Source of the DNA: Desulfobacterales bacterium | GTDB lineage: Bacteria; Desulfobacterota; Desulfobacteria; Desulfobacterales; UBA5852 | Direction of reading: 5' to 3' | Assembly: GCA_963674755.2 (NCBI GenBank) | Contig: CAXXVS010000003.1 | Span: forward strand, 480,001 to 544,000 | Length of the DNA stretch: 64,000 nt | Shown here: positions 21,521 to 30,713 of the stretch, piece by piece | Layout: each line of letters begins with the position of its first letter | How positions within the stretch are numbered: position 1 is the stretch's first letter | The notes under the pieces: model-generated | The model's input: the letters and a program-made list of their open reading frames with translations, nothing else | Told to the model about the DNA's origin: nothing | Database searches by the model: none | Position numbers and translations under genes: made by a program

Positions 21521-23530
21521 TCAGATCGCCAGCCCAGCCCTGAAACCACTGTGCATGGCCTCGAAAGCCGTGGCCACCTGGTCTGCATCGCCCACGGTGG
21601 TATAAGGGATTTGTAACTTTTCCAGGGTGGCCGCAAGGGGGTGAAACGGCTGGGTGCCGACCCCCAGAACCACCGTGTCCGCCGGGAGTTCCTGCCGACG
21701 GCCGTTTCCTGTTTCGACCATGACGCCGTCCGGTGTGATTTCCAGGGCCTTGGTGGCGGGCATCACCTTCACAGCAGTGCGCTGCATATCCTGAAGTAAG
21801 GTCCAACGCGTGGTTTTACCGAGCCCCTGTCCGATGCGGTCGATCATTTCGATCAAGGTCACCTCTTTGGTCCCATTGACGGCCAGCTCATAAAGGTCCT
21901 CGATCGGTTCGGCTTGGTTGACCATGAGAAATTTGAGGGCTTCACCGGAAAGGGTGCCCCGTTCAGCCAGAAAAAGGGCCGTCTCCACCCCCACGGCGCC
22001 GCCCCCGATGACAACCACCCGCCGGCCCGTACGAACCCGATGGCGCAGTATATCCCAGGCCTGGACGACATGGTCTCGGTCAATACCCGCAATGGGAGGT
22101 GTGATCGGCTGGCCGCCGGTGGCCAGGATGACATGGTCAAGGCGATCTTTTAGAAACTGCTTTTCATCCACGGTTGTATTCAGATGAACCTTCACCGGAC
22201 TGATGGCCACCTGGTTTGCCAGATCCCGGGCCAGTTCGGCAAATTCATTACGGCCCGGAGGGGCCGCGGCCAGATGGAGCTGTCCCCCGAGCTGATCGGA
22301 TACTTCATACAGATGGACACGATGGCCTCGTTCGGCAGCTGTCAGGGCCGCACGCATGCCGGCGGCCCCGCCGCCGACGACCGCAACCACCTTGGGTGTT
22401 GCGGCCTGGGCCATTTCCCGGCATTCAGCCTCATGGCCGGCTTTAGGGTTGCAGAGGCATTCCACACTCTTGAGTTTGAACAGGTTGTCAAAGCAGCCCT
22501 GGGCACAGGCCACGCAATGGACGATTTCCGTTTCCCGGTTTTGACGGGCCTTTTCAGGAAGGTCAGGGTCGGCAATCAGGCTGCGTCCCATGGCGACCAT
22601 GTCGCACATGTCATCCAGGAGCAAATCCCGGGCCGTGGCCGGATCATTGACACGATGACCGTAAATAACAGGAATCGTCACCCGGGTCTTGATGGCGCGC
22701 GCCAGATAGGCGAAGGCGCCACGGGGAACGGCTGTGGTGATCTGGGGTACGCGGGCTTCATGCCAGCCGACATTGATGCTCAGCGCATCGACGCGGCCTG
22801 TTTCCTGCAACGCGCGGGCGTAGGTCTGCAATTCGCGGCGATCCTGTCCGCCCTTCATGAAGTCATTGCCGTTCATGCGGACGATGACGGGAAAATGCGG
22901 GCCGACCGTGTGCCGTATGGCCTGCATGACTTCAAGGCCGAAGCGCATGCGGTTTTCCAGCGAACCGCCATATTCGTCTTCCCGCTGGTTGGTCAGGGGG
23001 GACAAGAATTCACTGATCAGATAGCCAGTGCCGCTCAGGATTTCCACGGCATCGAAACCCGCCGCCTGGACGCGGCCGGCAGCCTGGGCAAAACGTTCGA
23101 CAACCGTTCGAATTTCCGGGATGGTGAGGGCGCGCGGAGTTTCTTTGGTCATGCGCGAGGCGATGGCCGATGGTGCCACCGGTTGTTGCCCGTTGAGAAA
23201 AAAAGAGAAATTGTAGCGGCCGGCATGGTTGAGCTGCACCGCGGAACGCGCTCCGTTTTCCTTGATGGCTTTGGCCAACCGGGACAGGCCGGGAATAAAT
23301 GTATCTTTATGGGCCCCGATGTTGGTGGTATTGCCGGAAAACTCGTCCACTGTGGCATAACCGACGCAAATGAGACCTGCGCCGCCCCGCGCCCGTTCGG
23401 TATAAAAGGCCACCAAGGGGTCGCTCACTTCGAAATCGACGGCCATGCCTAGATGCATGGCCGGCATGTAAATCCTATTTTTAACATGCAACTGGTTGAT
23501 CATGATCGGTTCAAAGATGGGATCCCTCAT
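21521..23530 (-). CDS. NADH:flavin oxidoreductase, 2,4-dienoyl-CoA reductase (FadH)-like
   Basis: OYE barrel (ERARGG, QLNHAGR, GYLISEFLSP..N.R.DEYGG), CVACAQGC..C Fe-S motif, two GxGxxG motifs. Confidence 0.9.
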   Translation of the reverse strand: MRDPIFEPIMINQLHVKNRIYMPAMHLGMAVDFEVSDPLVAFYTERARGGAGLICVGYATVDEFSGNTTNIGAHKDTFIPGLSRLAKAIKENGARSAVQLNHAGRYNFSFFLNGQQPVAPSAIASRMTKETPRALTIPEIRTVVERFAQAAGRVQAAGFDAVEILSGTGYLISEFLSPLTNQREDEYGGSLENRMRFGLEVMQAIRHTVGPHFPVIVRMNGNDFMKGGQDRRELQTYARALQETGRVDALSINVGWHEARVPQITTAVPRGAFAYLARAIKTRVTIPVIYGHRVNDPATARDLLLDDMCDMVAMGRSLIADPDLPEKARQNRETEIVHCVACAQGCFDNLFKLKSVECLCNPKAGHEAECREMAQAATPKVVAVVGGGAAGMRAALTAAERGHRVHLYEVSDQLGGQLHLAAAPPGRNEFAELARDLANQVAISPVKVHLNTTVDEKQFLKDRLDHVILATGGQPITPPIAGIDRDHVVQAWDILRHRVRTGRRVVVIGGGAVGVETALFLAERGTLSGEALKFLMVNQAEPIEDLYELAVNGTKEVTLIEMIDRIGQGLGKTTRWTLLQDMQRTAVKVMPATKALEITPDGVMVETGNGRRQELPADTVVLGVGTQPFHPLAATLEKLQIPYTTVGDADQVATAFEAMHSGFRAGLAI

Positions 23531-23602
23531 GGATACAAGACCTCCCCCGCAATGATTTCAAGACGGCTTGGGTTAATTGATGGGCGATACTTTGCAGAAA
23601 AA

Positions 23603-23620
23603 CTTAAGCATATGCTTAAG
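23603..23620. promoter_or_regulatory. Perfect 18-bp palindrome, putative operator
   Basis: CTTAAGCATATGCTTAAG, about 75 bp upstream of the oxidoreductase start. Confidence 0.6.
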
Positions 23621-23716
23621 CCATCGAAACTGCAACGATTATCTTTAAAATCCGTTCGAGCAGGATGCGCTTTTGTAGGCCCCGTGATCGTGATATCGGT
23701 TCCGGGCGTTTTGGCT

Positions 23717-23752
23717 AAAAGAAAACGGTTATTCGCGAAGCGAATAACCGTT
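23717..23752 (-). terminator. Intrinsic terminator
   Basis: 13-bp perfect stem AACGGTTATTCGC/GCGAATAACCGTT followed by TTCTTTT on the minus strand. Confidence 0.8.
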
Positions 23753-23791
23753 AAGGAGGAAACCTTATATGAAAGGTTAGGTTAGGTTGGC
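23717..23791 (-). ncRNA. Candidate sigma54-dependent small RNA (~75 nt)
   Basis: Bounded by a -24/-12 promoter and an intrinsic terminator; contains a short hairpin and an unpaired UCCUCCU; no ORF on this strand. Confidence 0.6.
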
Positions 23792-23801
23792 CATAGGTAA
23801 A

Positions 23802-23817
23802 AGCAAACAGCATGCCA
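23802..23817 (-). promoter_or_regulatory. Sigma54 promoter
   Basis: TGGCATGCTGTTTGCT (GG-N10-GC). Confidence 0.75.
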
Positions 23818-23827
23818 AATTTGCTTA

Positions 23828-23840
23828 TAAGTGTTTGATA
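23828..23840 (-). promoter_or_regulatory. IHF consensus site
   Basis: TATCAAACACTTA matches WATCAANNNNTTR; a second match AATCAAGATGTTA lies at 23975-23987. Confidence 0.55.
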
Positions 23841-24152
23841 AAATATATATTGCAACAATTTCAATTGGTTATAAATTTTCGGCATGACTTTTTGTGTCAA
23901 CTCCAAACTGGAAAACGTTCCGAGTGGTGCCAGAAAATTCAAAAATATTAACCTCTCTTTTTCCCATATATCGATAACATCTTGATTAAACAAATACTTA
24001 TCATTATAAGCCCGAAAGTTCAAAAATTTGAACCTCTCGCGCACGATCCGGCATGGATTGCATTATCTATATGATAATATTGTATAATTAAACTTATTCA
24101 ATTTTAATTGTTGGATAGACAAACTTCATGGTTGTTCTCAGGGCGGGTGTTT

Positions 24153-25295
24153 ATGGATAGTTGCATCAGGCAAGACCCCATGTACCGCTACCTGTTGGTT
24201 TTGACGGTGGCGTCGGCCTTTGGATTGCAAGGCTGGCGCACCCTCTTCAACAATTTTGCGGTCGAAGTGGCCGGGCTCAATGGCAGCCAGGTGGGTATCA
24301 TCCAGTCGGTGAGGGAAGTCCCTGGTTTTCTGGCCTTGTTGGCGGTTTATTTTCTGCTGGTCATGCGCGAACATCGCCTTTCGGCCGTGTCCATTCTCAT
24401 TTTGGGGGTAGGCGTCGGAATCACCGGTATGATGCCCACCATGGGAGGACTCGTCATGACGACCCTCATCATGAGCATCGGCTTTCACTACTACGAAACC
24501 ACCAACCAATCGCTGACGCTGCAGTATTTCGATCAGGGCACCGCTCCGGTGGTCTTCGGACGTCAGCGAAGCTATGCGGCCGCGACGAATATTGCGGTGG
24601 GGATTGCCATTTACGCCCTGGCGTTCGTTCTGTCTTATATGGTGATGTATCTTCTGATGGGGATTGCCCTGTGCGGCATGGCGTTCTGGGGGTTTCGGAA
24701 AGATCCGGCCCGCAGCAGCCTGCCGGTTCAGCGTAAGCAGATGATTCTGCGCAAGCGCTACGGGCTGTTCTATTTTCTCACCTTTCTATCCGGGGCCCGA
24801 CGGCAGATTTTCACTTCTTTCGCCGTGTTTCTTCTCGTGAAACGCTTTGGCTTTACCGTCCAGGAAATCACTCTCCTGTTTATTGTGAACAACGGAATCA
24901 ATTATTTTCTGAGTCCGATAATCGGCAAAGCCATCGTGCGTTATGGCGAGCGCCGGGTGCTTTCGCTCGAATACGCCAGCATGATCGTCATCTTCATGGC
25001 CTATGCCGGGGTGCAGTCCAGGTGGATGGTGGCGGTCCTGTATGTTCTGGATCATATTTTTTTCAACTTTGCGATTGCTATCCGCACCTATTTCCAAAAA
25101 GTCGCCGATCCGCGCGATATTGCGCCCAGTATGGCCGTAGGATTTACCATCAACCATATTGCCGCCGTGGCGCTGCCTGCGATCGGAGGGATGCTGTGGA
25201 TGGTGGATTATCGCATCCCCTTCGTGGGCGGTGCGATGCTGGCGTTCATATCCTTGGCCGGGGTCCAGTTTATCCGTCTCCCCAAATCGGCGTAG
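24153..25295 (+). CDS. MFS transporter
   Basis: About 12 hydrophobic segments; QSVREVPGFL and SGARRQIF motifs. Start uncertain. Confidence 0.85.
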   Translation: MDSCIRQDPMYRYLLVLTVASAFGLQGWRTLFNNFAVEVAGLNGSQVGIIQSVREVPGFLALLAVYFLLVMREHRLSAVSILILGVGVGITGMMPTMGGLVMTTLIMSIGFHYYETTNQSLTLQYFDQGTAPVVFGRQRSYAAATNIAVGIAIYALAFVLSYMVMYLLMGIALCGMAFWGFRKDPARSSLPVQRKQMILRKRYGLFYFLTFLSGARRQIFTSFAVFLLVKRFGFTVQEITLLFIVNNGINYFLSPIIGKAIVRYGERRVLSLEYASMIVIFMAYAGVQSRWMVAVLYVLDHIFFNFAIAIRTYFQKVADPRDIAPSMAVGFTINHIAAVALPAIGGMLWMVDYRIPFVGGAMLAFISLAGVQFIRLPKSA

Positions 25296-25334
25296 GCCGG
25301 AAAGCCGCGTTCCGGCAGCAGGATGCGCACGCTG

Positions 25335-26345
25335 TTAGAAGATGCCGTCGATGACCTGGTGACAGTAGGCGCAGTGGTTCGTATCGATCAGATTGGTGCG
25401 GCTGCGGTAGTGAAACCGATTGACCACGATGTTGCCGCAGGCGGGGCAGAGGGTGTTTTCACCGCCGCCGCCGGACACGTTGCCGACATAGACATAGCGC
25501 AGCCCGGCCGCCATGCCGATGTCGCGGGCCCGGTTCAAGGTTTCCAGCGGGGTGACGGGCCGCTCGGTCATGCGATAGGTCGGGTGGAAACGGCTGATAT
25601 GCCAGGGGGTTTCCGGTCCCAGATCCACCGCCACGAAGCGCGCCAGAGCCTTCAATTCTTCCGGATCATCGTTTGCACCCGGGATCAGGAGGGTTGTAAC
25701 TTCCACCAGCACCCCACCCGCTTTCATGCGCTTCAGGGTTGCCTTGACCGGCTCCAGCCGAGCCCCGCAGGTCTCCTTGTAAAAACTTTCCGAGAACGAT
25801 TTCAGGTCGACATTGGCCGCATCCAGGACGGGCAGCAGCATATCCAGGGCTTCCGCAGTCATGTAGCCGTTGGTGACGAAAATGTTACGCAAACCGGCAG
25901 CCCGGGCCAGCCGGGCGACGTCCAAAGCGAATTCGAAGAAAATCGTGGGTTCGGTATAGGTATAGGCAATGCTCGCACAGCCGTTGGCGCGTGCCTCGGC
26001 CACAACGGCCTCCGGCGTCACCGTTTGCCCGACAATCGCCCCCTGGTGGTCTGTCGGCATTTGGGCGAGGTCCGCATTCTGGCAGAAGCGGCACTTGAAA
26101 TTGCAGCCTACCGTGGCAATGGAATAGGCGCGGCTGCCGGGGAGCATGTGGAATATCGGTTTTTTCTCAATGGGATCGACGTGCTGGGCAACCAGTTGGC
26201 CGTAGACCAGGGATTCGAGCCGGCCGTCGCGGTTTTCGCGCACCTGACAGATGCCGCGTCGACCGGCGGTAATTTTGCAACGATGGGCGCAAAGGAAGCA
26301 ACGAACGGCATCTTTTTCGAGGGGGGTATAGAGCAGGGCTTCCAT
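25335..26345 (-). CDS. amrS: AmmeMemoRadiSam-type radical SAM enzyme
   Basis: C..C...C and G.C.VR N-terminus, DPIEKKP, GCNFKCRFCQN, YTYTEPT, HISRFHP. Confidence 0.9.
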   Translation of the reverse strand: MEALLYTPLEKDAVRCFLCAHRCKITAGRRGICQVRENRDGRLESLVYGQLVAQHVDPIEKKPIFHMLPGSRAYSIATVGCNFKCRFCQNADLAQMPTDHQGAIVGQTVTPEAVVAEARANGCASIAYTYTEPTIFFEFALDVARLARAAGLRNIFVTNGYMTAEALDMLLPVLDAANVDLKSFSESFYKETCGARLEPVKATLKRMKAGGVLVEVTTLLIPGANDDPEELKALARFVAVDLGPETPWHISRFHPTYRMTERPVTPLETLNRARDIGMAAGLRYVYVGNVSGGGGENTLCPACGNIVVNRFHYRSRTNLIDTNHCAYCHQVIDGIF

Positions 26346-26357
26346 GACAGGGCTCCT

Positions 26358-27128
26358 TTAAGCATTCGGGTGGGACAGCGGCAGACCCGGCAAGGCCCGG
26401 GTCGTGCCGCCGGCCTGATAGCGTAGCGTCAGGGGGCGGGTCCGGAAGCGGGGGACCAGGGATACCACGACACCGGCAAAGGTGCCGAAGGGACAGCGTT
26501 GTACGAGGTGCGAGCGTTCGAGGCGTGAGATCAGCCCGTTGGGCTTGGCGGATAGCTGGCACACCGTCCGCCAGGACATGGGGGTTTTGCCGAGTTGGTC
26601 GGTAAACATCTGTTTGATTTCCCAGACGCTGAAAAAACGGGCCTTGTTGAAAATGGTGGGGGAAAACAGTCCTCTCACCCGACGTTGAAAACCTTTGATG
26701 GCGTAGCGGTTGAGAACGCCCAGAAACACACGGTCCTTGGCCACCCGGCAGGCTTCCTCAATGGCTTTCGGGGGCTGTTCCACGAATTCGAGGGTAGTGA
26801 CAAGAACGGCGTAGTTAAAGGAGTTGTCGCCGAAAGGGAGGTCCTCGGCGTATTCACGATAGAAGTCCACACGGTTCTTGAGTTGGCTGACGGCGATATC
26901 GAGCATATAAGGAGAAGGATCAATCCCCGTCACCTGCAGACCGAAATCCAGAAAAGGCTTTAAGCTGACGCCGCTGCCGCAACCGATATCCAGCAAGGTT
27001 TCCCCGGGCAGCGGGTTGAGCATATCGAGCATCAGCCGGCTCTCGAGCTCCGCCGCAAATCGCCGGCGCGGGTCGTTCAGCCACCGTTCATAGTCCCTGG
27101 CATCATTGAAATCGAATACATGTCCCAT
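26358..27128 (-). CDS. Class I SAM-dependent methyltransferase
   Basis: LLDIGCGSG, GIDPS, AEDLPF motifs. Confidence 0.88.
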   Translation of the reverse strand: MGHVFDFNDARDYERWLNDPRRRFAAELESRLMLDMLNPLPGETLLDIGCGSGVSLKPFLDFGLQVTGIDPSPYMLDIAVSQLKNRVDFYREYAEDLPFGDNSFNYAVLVTTLEFVEQPPKAIEEACRVAKDRVFLGVLNRYAIKGFQRRVRGLFSPTIFNKARFFSVWEIKQMFTDQLGKTPMSWRTVCQLSAKPNGLISRLERSHLVQRCPFGTFAGVVVSLVPRFRTRPLTLRYQAGGTTRALPGLPLSHPNA

Positions 27129-27251
27129 GGGAGAAACTCTAGTCAACTCCATGGAAATATCAAGAGGGACGCCACGGCAGGTGGCCGAAACAAAACAGGC
27201 ACGGCCGCAATACCGGCGGGCGGCGAAGCCTTGGGAAACTGGCGGAGAGGC

Positions 27252-28871
27252 TTATTCCGCGGCTTTGGCCGCCGGGGTACTCCCGGACGGGGCCTTCGCC
27301 TCCTTGGGCGCCTGTCCGCCGGTCGGCGTTTCAGCTGTGGCCGCTGTGGTTTCGGCCTTCCCCGGGGTGCTTTTTTTCTTGCGTCGCCAGCGGCGCCGTT
27401 TCTTTTTGGCGGGCTCCGCCTTTATCTCAGGTGTGGGCTCCGGTGTCGCTAGCGTTTCAGCAGCCCCCTGGGGCGGTGTGAATCCAAAGAAGGTGCCCGG
27501 GAAATAGTTGGGGGAACGGTTTTTGAGCTTGTCCAGCTGACGGCTGGCGGTAGTTTGGCGCGGCCCCCGTCCGGCCGCGGGCTGACTGTTGCGCGGGCGT
27601 GACGGCTTGTGGGATGTTCTTTTCGGCTTCGCGTACCGCGACGTTTTCACCGGCCCGGCCTGGTCTTTGACGAACCAGTCATCTTCCGGCCAGATGATCG
27701 GCAGCTTGTAGCCCAGCATCTCCTCAAGCGGCTCTAAATGGAAAACATAATTTTCACAGGCCAGGGAAATCGCCTCGCCGGATTTGCCGGCGCGGGCCGT
27801 GCGCCCGATCCGGTGGACATAACTTTCCGAGTCCTGGGGCAGATCGTAATTAATGACGTGGGAAATATCCTCGACATGAATGCCCCGGGAGGCCACATCG
27901 GTGGCCACCAGGATTTTGACCTGGTCGTTTTTAAATTGTTCCATCAGCTTGAAGCGTTGGCGCTGGGGTAGATCCCCGGTGATGCCTTCCGCCGGGAAAC
28001 CATTGCCCTTCAGTTTTTCGGCCAGCCATTCCACGCCGGACTTGGTATTGGCGAAAATCAGCACGCGGTGCCAGTCCTCACGGTTTAGAATGCCAAGCAA
28101 CAGGGGCAGTTTGCTTTCCTGGCCGACGTGGATCAGCGACTGGTTGATACGCTCCACGGTCACTTCTTCCGGTGTCACCGAAATGAACTCGGGCAGGTTC
28201 ATATATTCATAGGTAAGCTCCAGAACCCGGTGCGACAGGGTGGCTGAAAAGAGCATGGATTGACGCTTTTCGTAATGGGGCAGCTTGCGCAGGATGAAGC
28301 GCATGTCTTTGGCAAAACCAAGATCCAGCAGCCGGTCGGCCTCGTCGATGACCACGATCTTGATATTGTCAGTTTTGAATATGTGTTGCTTATAGTAGTC
28401 AATAATGCGGCCCGGCGTGCAAATAACGATGTCTACACCGCTTTTGAGGGCATCGGCCTGCTTCTGATAATCGACGCCACCCACCACCTGGACGCAGCTC
28501 AGACCGGTATGGGCGCCCAGCAAAAGGGCTTCTTCGTAAATCTGAAAAGCCAGTTCCCGGGTGGGCGCGACAATCAGGGCCGACGGTGTCCCTGGCTGGC
28601 GGTCGGACATTTTGAGCAGGCGTGTGAACATGGTGACCAGAAAAGCGCCGGTTTTGCCGGTGCCGGTCTGGGCCTGGCCGGCAATATCCCGGCCTTCCAG
28701 AGCCACGGGCAGCACCTGGGCCTGGATGGGGGTGCAGCGCGTGAATTGGGCATCTTGCAGGCCCTGCAGCAGGCTTGCAGGCAAATCGAAGCGGTCGAAT
28801 GTCGCTTGGGTGAGAAAAGCCGGTTTATCGGCGCGCTCGGATGGTTGGGGCGCGTCCGGAGATTCGATCAT
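27252..28871 (-). CDS. rhlB: DEAD-box RNA helicase, RhlB-like
   Basis: CTPIQA, AQTGTGKT, PTRELA, DEAD, SAT, HRIGRTAR, AISLACE; basic low-complexity tail. Start at ATG 28871 behind GAGG. Confidence 0.85.
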   Translation of the reverse strand: MIESPDAPQPSERADKPAFLTQATFDRFDLPASLLQGLQDAQFTRCTPIQAQVLPVALEGRDIAGQAQTGTGKTGAFLVTMFTRLLKMSDRQPGTPSALIVAPTRELAFQIYEEALLLGAHTGLSCVQVVGGVDYQKQADALKSGVDIVICTPGRIIDYYKQHIFKTDNIKIVVIDEADRLLDLGFAKDMRFILRKLPHYEKRQSMLFSATLSHRVLELTYEYMNLPEFISVTPEEVTVERINQSLIHVGQESKLPLLLGILNREDWHRVLIFANTKSGVEWLAEKLKGNGFPAEGITGDLPQRQRFKLMEQFKNDQVKILVATDVASRGIHVEDISHVINYDLPQDSESYVHRIGRTARAGKSGEAISLACENYVFHLEPLEEMLGYKLPIIWPEDDWFVKDQAGPVKTSRYAKPKRTSHKPSRPRNSQPAAGRGPRQTTASRQLDKLKNRSPNYFPGTFFGFTPPQGAAETLATPEPTPEIKAEPAKKKRRRWRRKKKSTPGKAETTAATAETPTGGQAPKEAKAPSGSTPAAKAAE

Positions 28872-28931
28872 AGTGTCCTCATTGGTTGTAAGGCGGGTAG
28901 GTGCCATTGATATTTCATCCGAATTTGGTGG

Positions 28932-28959
28932 ATTATACCCTTTTTTCAAGAATTTGCAA
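28932..28959 (-). promoter_or_regulatory. Putative sigma70 promoter of the helicase gene
   Basis: Minus strand TTGCAA-N16-TATAAT. Confidence 0.5.
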
Positions 28960-29319
28960 GTTATTGCACGCATGGCCCGGCGTATGGTGTTCATTATCGA
29001 TCCCGGTGTTGTTTAATCCTTGAACAGCCGCAAAGCGATCTTGGAAATGGGTCAGGCCGCTTTCGACCGTTGCAAAACCGCCTGCCGCCGGACTGAACGC
29101 CGGTGCCATCCCAGGGAATCGTTCGCGGGTGGTTACGATGCCAAACATATTGATTTTTTGGCACGTTCAGTAGATAACCACAATTTACGGCGAGGCGGCC
29201 GTAAAAGCAAGCGGCGCTGTTGAAATTAAAAGCGCCGGGCAATACGATTATTCTACGGGTACGACATGGCCCGGAGTGGTTGGGGTGTGCCGCCCACATG
29301 ACGGAGCATGACGGGGACG

Positions 29320-30549
29320 ATGAAAAATTTTTTCAAGGTGGCGGATATCGAAGCGGTTTGCGCCCTGCGGGCCCAATTCCCAGTGGTGGCCGCCGAAGCG
29401 GTGCCGCTGACGTCCGTCGATGGGCGTATTCTCGCGGAGACGGTCGCCGCCGATCTGGATATTCCCGGCTTTGCCCGTTCCACCATGGACGGGTATGCGA
29501 TGCAGGCGGCCACCACCTTCGGAGCCAGCGAGAGCAATCCCGGGTATGTGACTGTGGTGGGATCGGTGGCCATGGGCGAACAGCCCGCTCTTCGGATCGG
29601 GCCGGGGGAGGCGGTGCGTATTGCCACAGGGGGAATGCTGCCGCCGGGCGCCGATGCCGTGGTGATGATCGAGCATACCGAAATCCTCGACGAGGCCACG
29701 ATTGAAGTCTATAAAAGCGTTGCACCCGGCCAGCACGTTGTTGCCAGGGGTGAGGATATCGCCGTGGGCGACAATCTGCTCGTCCGCGGCCAGCGGGTGC
29801 GTCCCCAGGAAGCCGGACTGTTGGCGGCGATGGGGTGCGAGACGGTGCTTGTATACCGCCAACCGCGTATTGGCATCATTTCCACCGGCGACGAAGTGGT
29901 CCCGGTGTCCGTCGTGCCCGGTCCCGGACAGATCCGCAATGTGAATTCGACCACTCTCGCGGCCATGGTACGGGCGGCCGGGGGGCGGCCTCGGGACTAC
30001 GGTATCATCAACGACAACGCGGATCGCCTCAAAACCGCCTGCGCCCGCGCCTTGGCCGAAAACGACATGCTTCTTGTCTCGGGTGGCAGTTCGGTGGGGA
30101 TGCGGGATTTTACCATCGAGGCCTTCGAAGCCCAGCCGGCGTCTGCCATCATGGTGCACGGCGTGTCCATAAGCCCGGGCAAACCAACGATCCTGGCCCG
30201 GTCCGGTGACAAGCCCATGTGGGGCATCCCGGGCCATGTGACGTCGGCCATGGTCGTCTTCCGTGTGCTGGTGGAGCCCTTTATTTTCCATCTGGGCGGG
30301 TGGAACGATGGTTCTCGCCAGCGCTTGACGATACCGGCCCGCCTGGCGCGCAATCTGGCGTCCGCCCAGGGGCGGGTGGATTTCGTGCGCGTCCGTCTGG
30401 TGGATCGCGAAGACGCGCTCTACGCCGAGCCCCTCTTGGGCAAATCCGGCCTTATCAATACCATGGTCAAGGCGGACGGGCTGGTGCGTATTGCGGCCGA
30501 TGCCGAGGGCCTCGACAAGGGCGATCTGGTAGCCGTAGAACTTTTCTAA
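29320..30549 (+). CDS. moeA: Molybdopterin molybdotransferase
   Basis: STMDGYA, IATGG..P.GADAVVMIE, STGDE, GGSSVG, PGKP. Start 29320 or 29308. Confidence 0.93.
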   Translation: MKNFFKVADIEAVCALRAQFPVVAAEAVPLTSVDGRILAETVAADLDIPGFARSTMDGYAMQAATTFGASESNPGYVTVVGSVAMGEQPALRIGPGEAVRIATGGMLPPGADAVVMIEHTEILDEATIEVYKSVAPGQHVVARGEDIAVGDNLLVRGQRVRPQEAGLLAAMGCETVLVYRQPRIGIISTGDEVVPVSVVPGPGQIRNVNSTTLAAMVRAAGGRPRDYGIINDNADRLKTACARALAENDMLLVSGGSSVGMRDFTIEAFEAQPASAIMVHGVSISPGKPTILARSGDKPMWGIPGHVTSAMVVFRVLVEPFIFHLGGWNDGSRQRLTIPARLARNLASAQGRVDFVRVRLVDREDALYAEPLLGKSGLINTMVKADGLVRIAADAEGLDKGDLVAVELF

Positions 30550-30713
30550 ACCGGCATTCCTTGTCTGGCGGTGTTGCGCCAACATGGAATTTTCCGGATA
30601 TCCATCAGTTTTTGTACCTTGACGACCTTATGGCGTCACCGTTTTTACGAACAGAACCACTCAGCGATGTTCGAAGGACATGCCCGAACATTTAGATTGA
30701 AGGATGGACTGGA

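Noticed and set aside
23753..23780. Plus-strand AAGGAGGA followed by ATG AAA GGT TAG (MKG*)
   Set aside because: Only three codons; better explained as the complement of the minus-strand RNA seed. The plus-strand TGGGCGATACTTTGCA at 23581 is a weak -24 match.
23751..24044. 97-aa minus-strand ORF across the AT-rich gap
   Set aside because: No RBS, atypical composition, and it overlaps promoter, IHF and palindrome elements.
29159..29176. TTGGCACG upstream of moeA as a sigma54 promoter, and a possible Moco riboswitch in 28960-29310
   Set aside because: The -12 position reads AG, not GC. Several hairpins exist but I could not match riboswitch consensus elements; an Rfam scan is needed.
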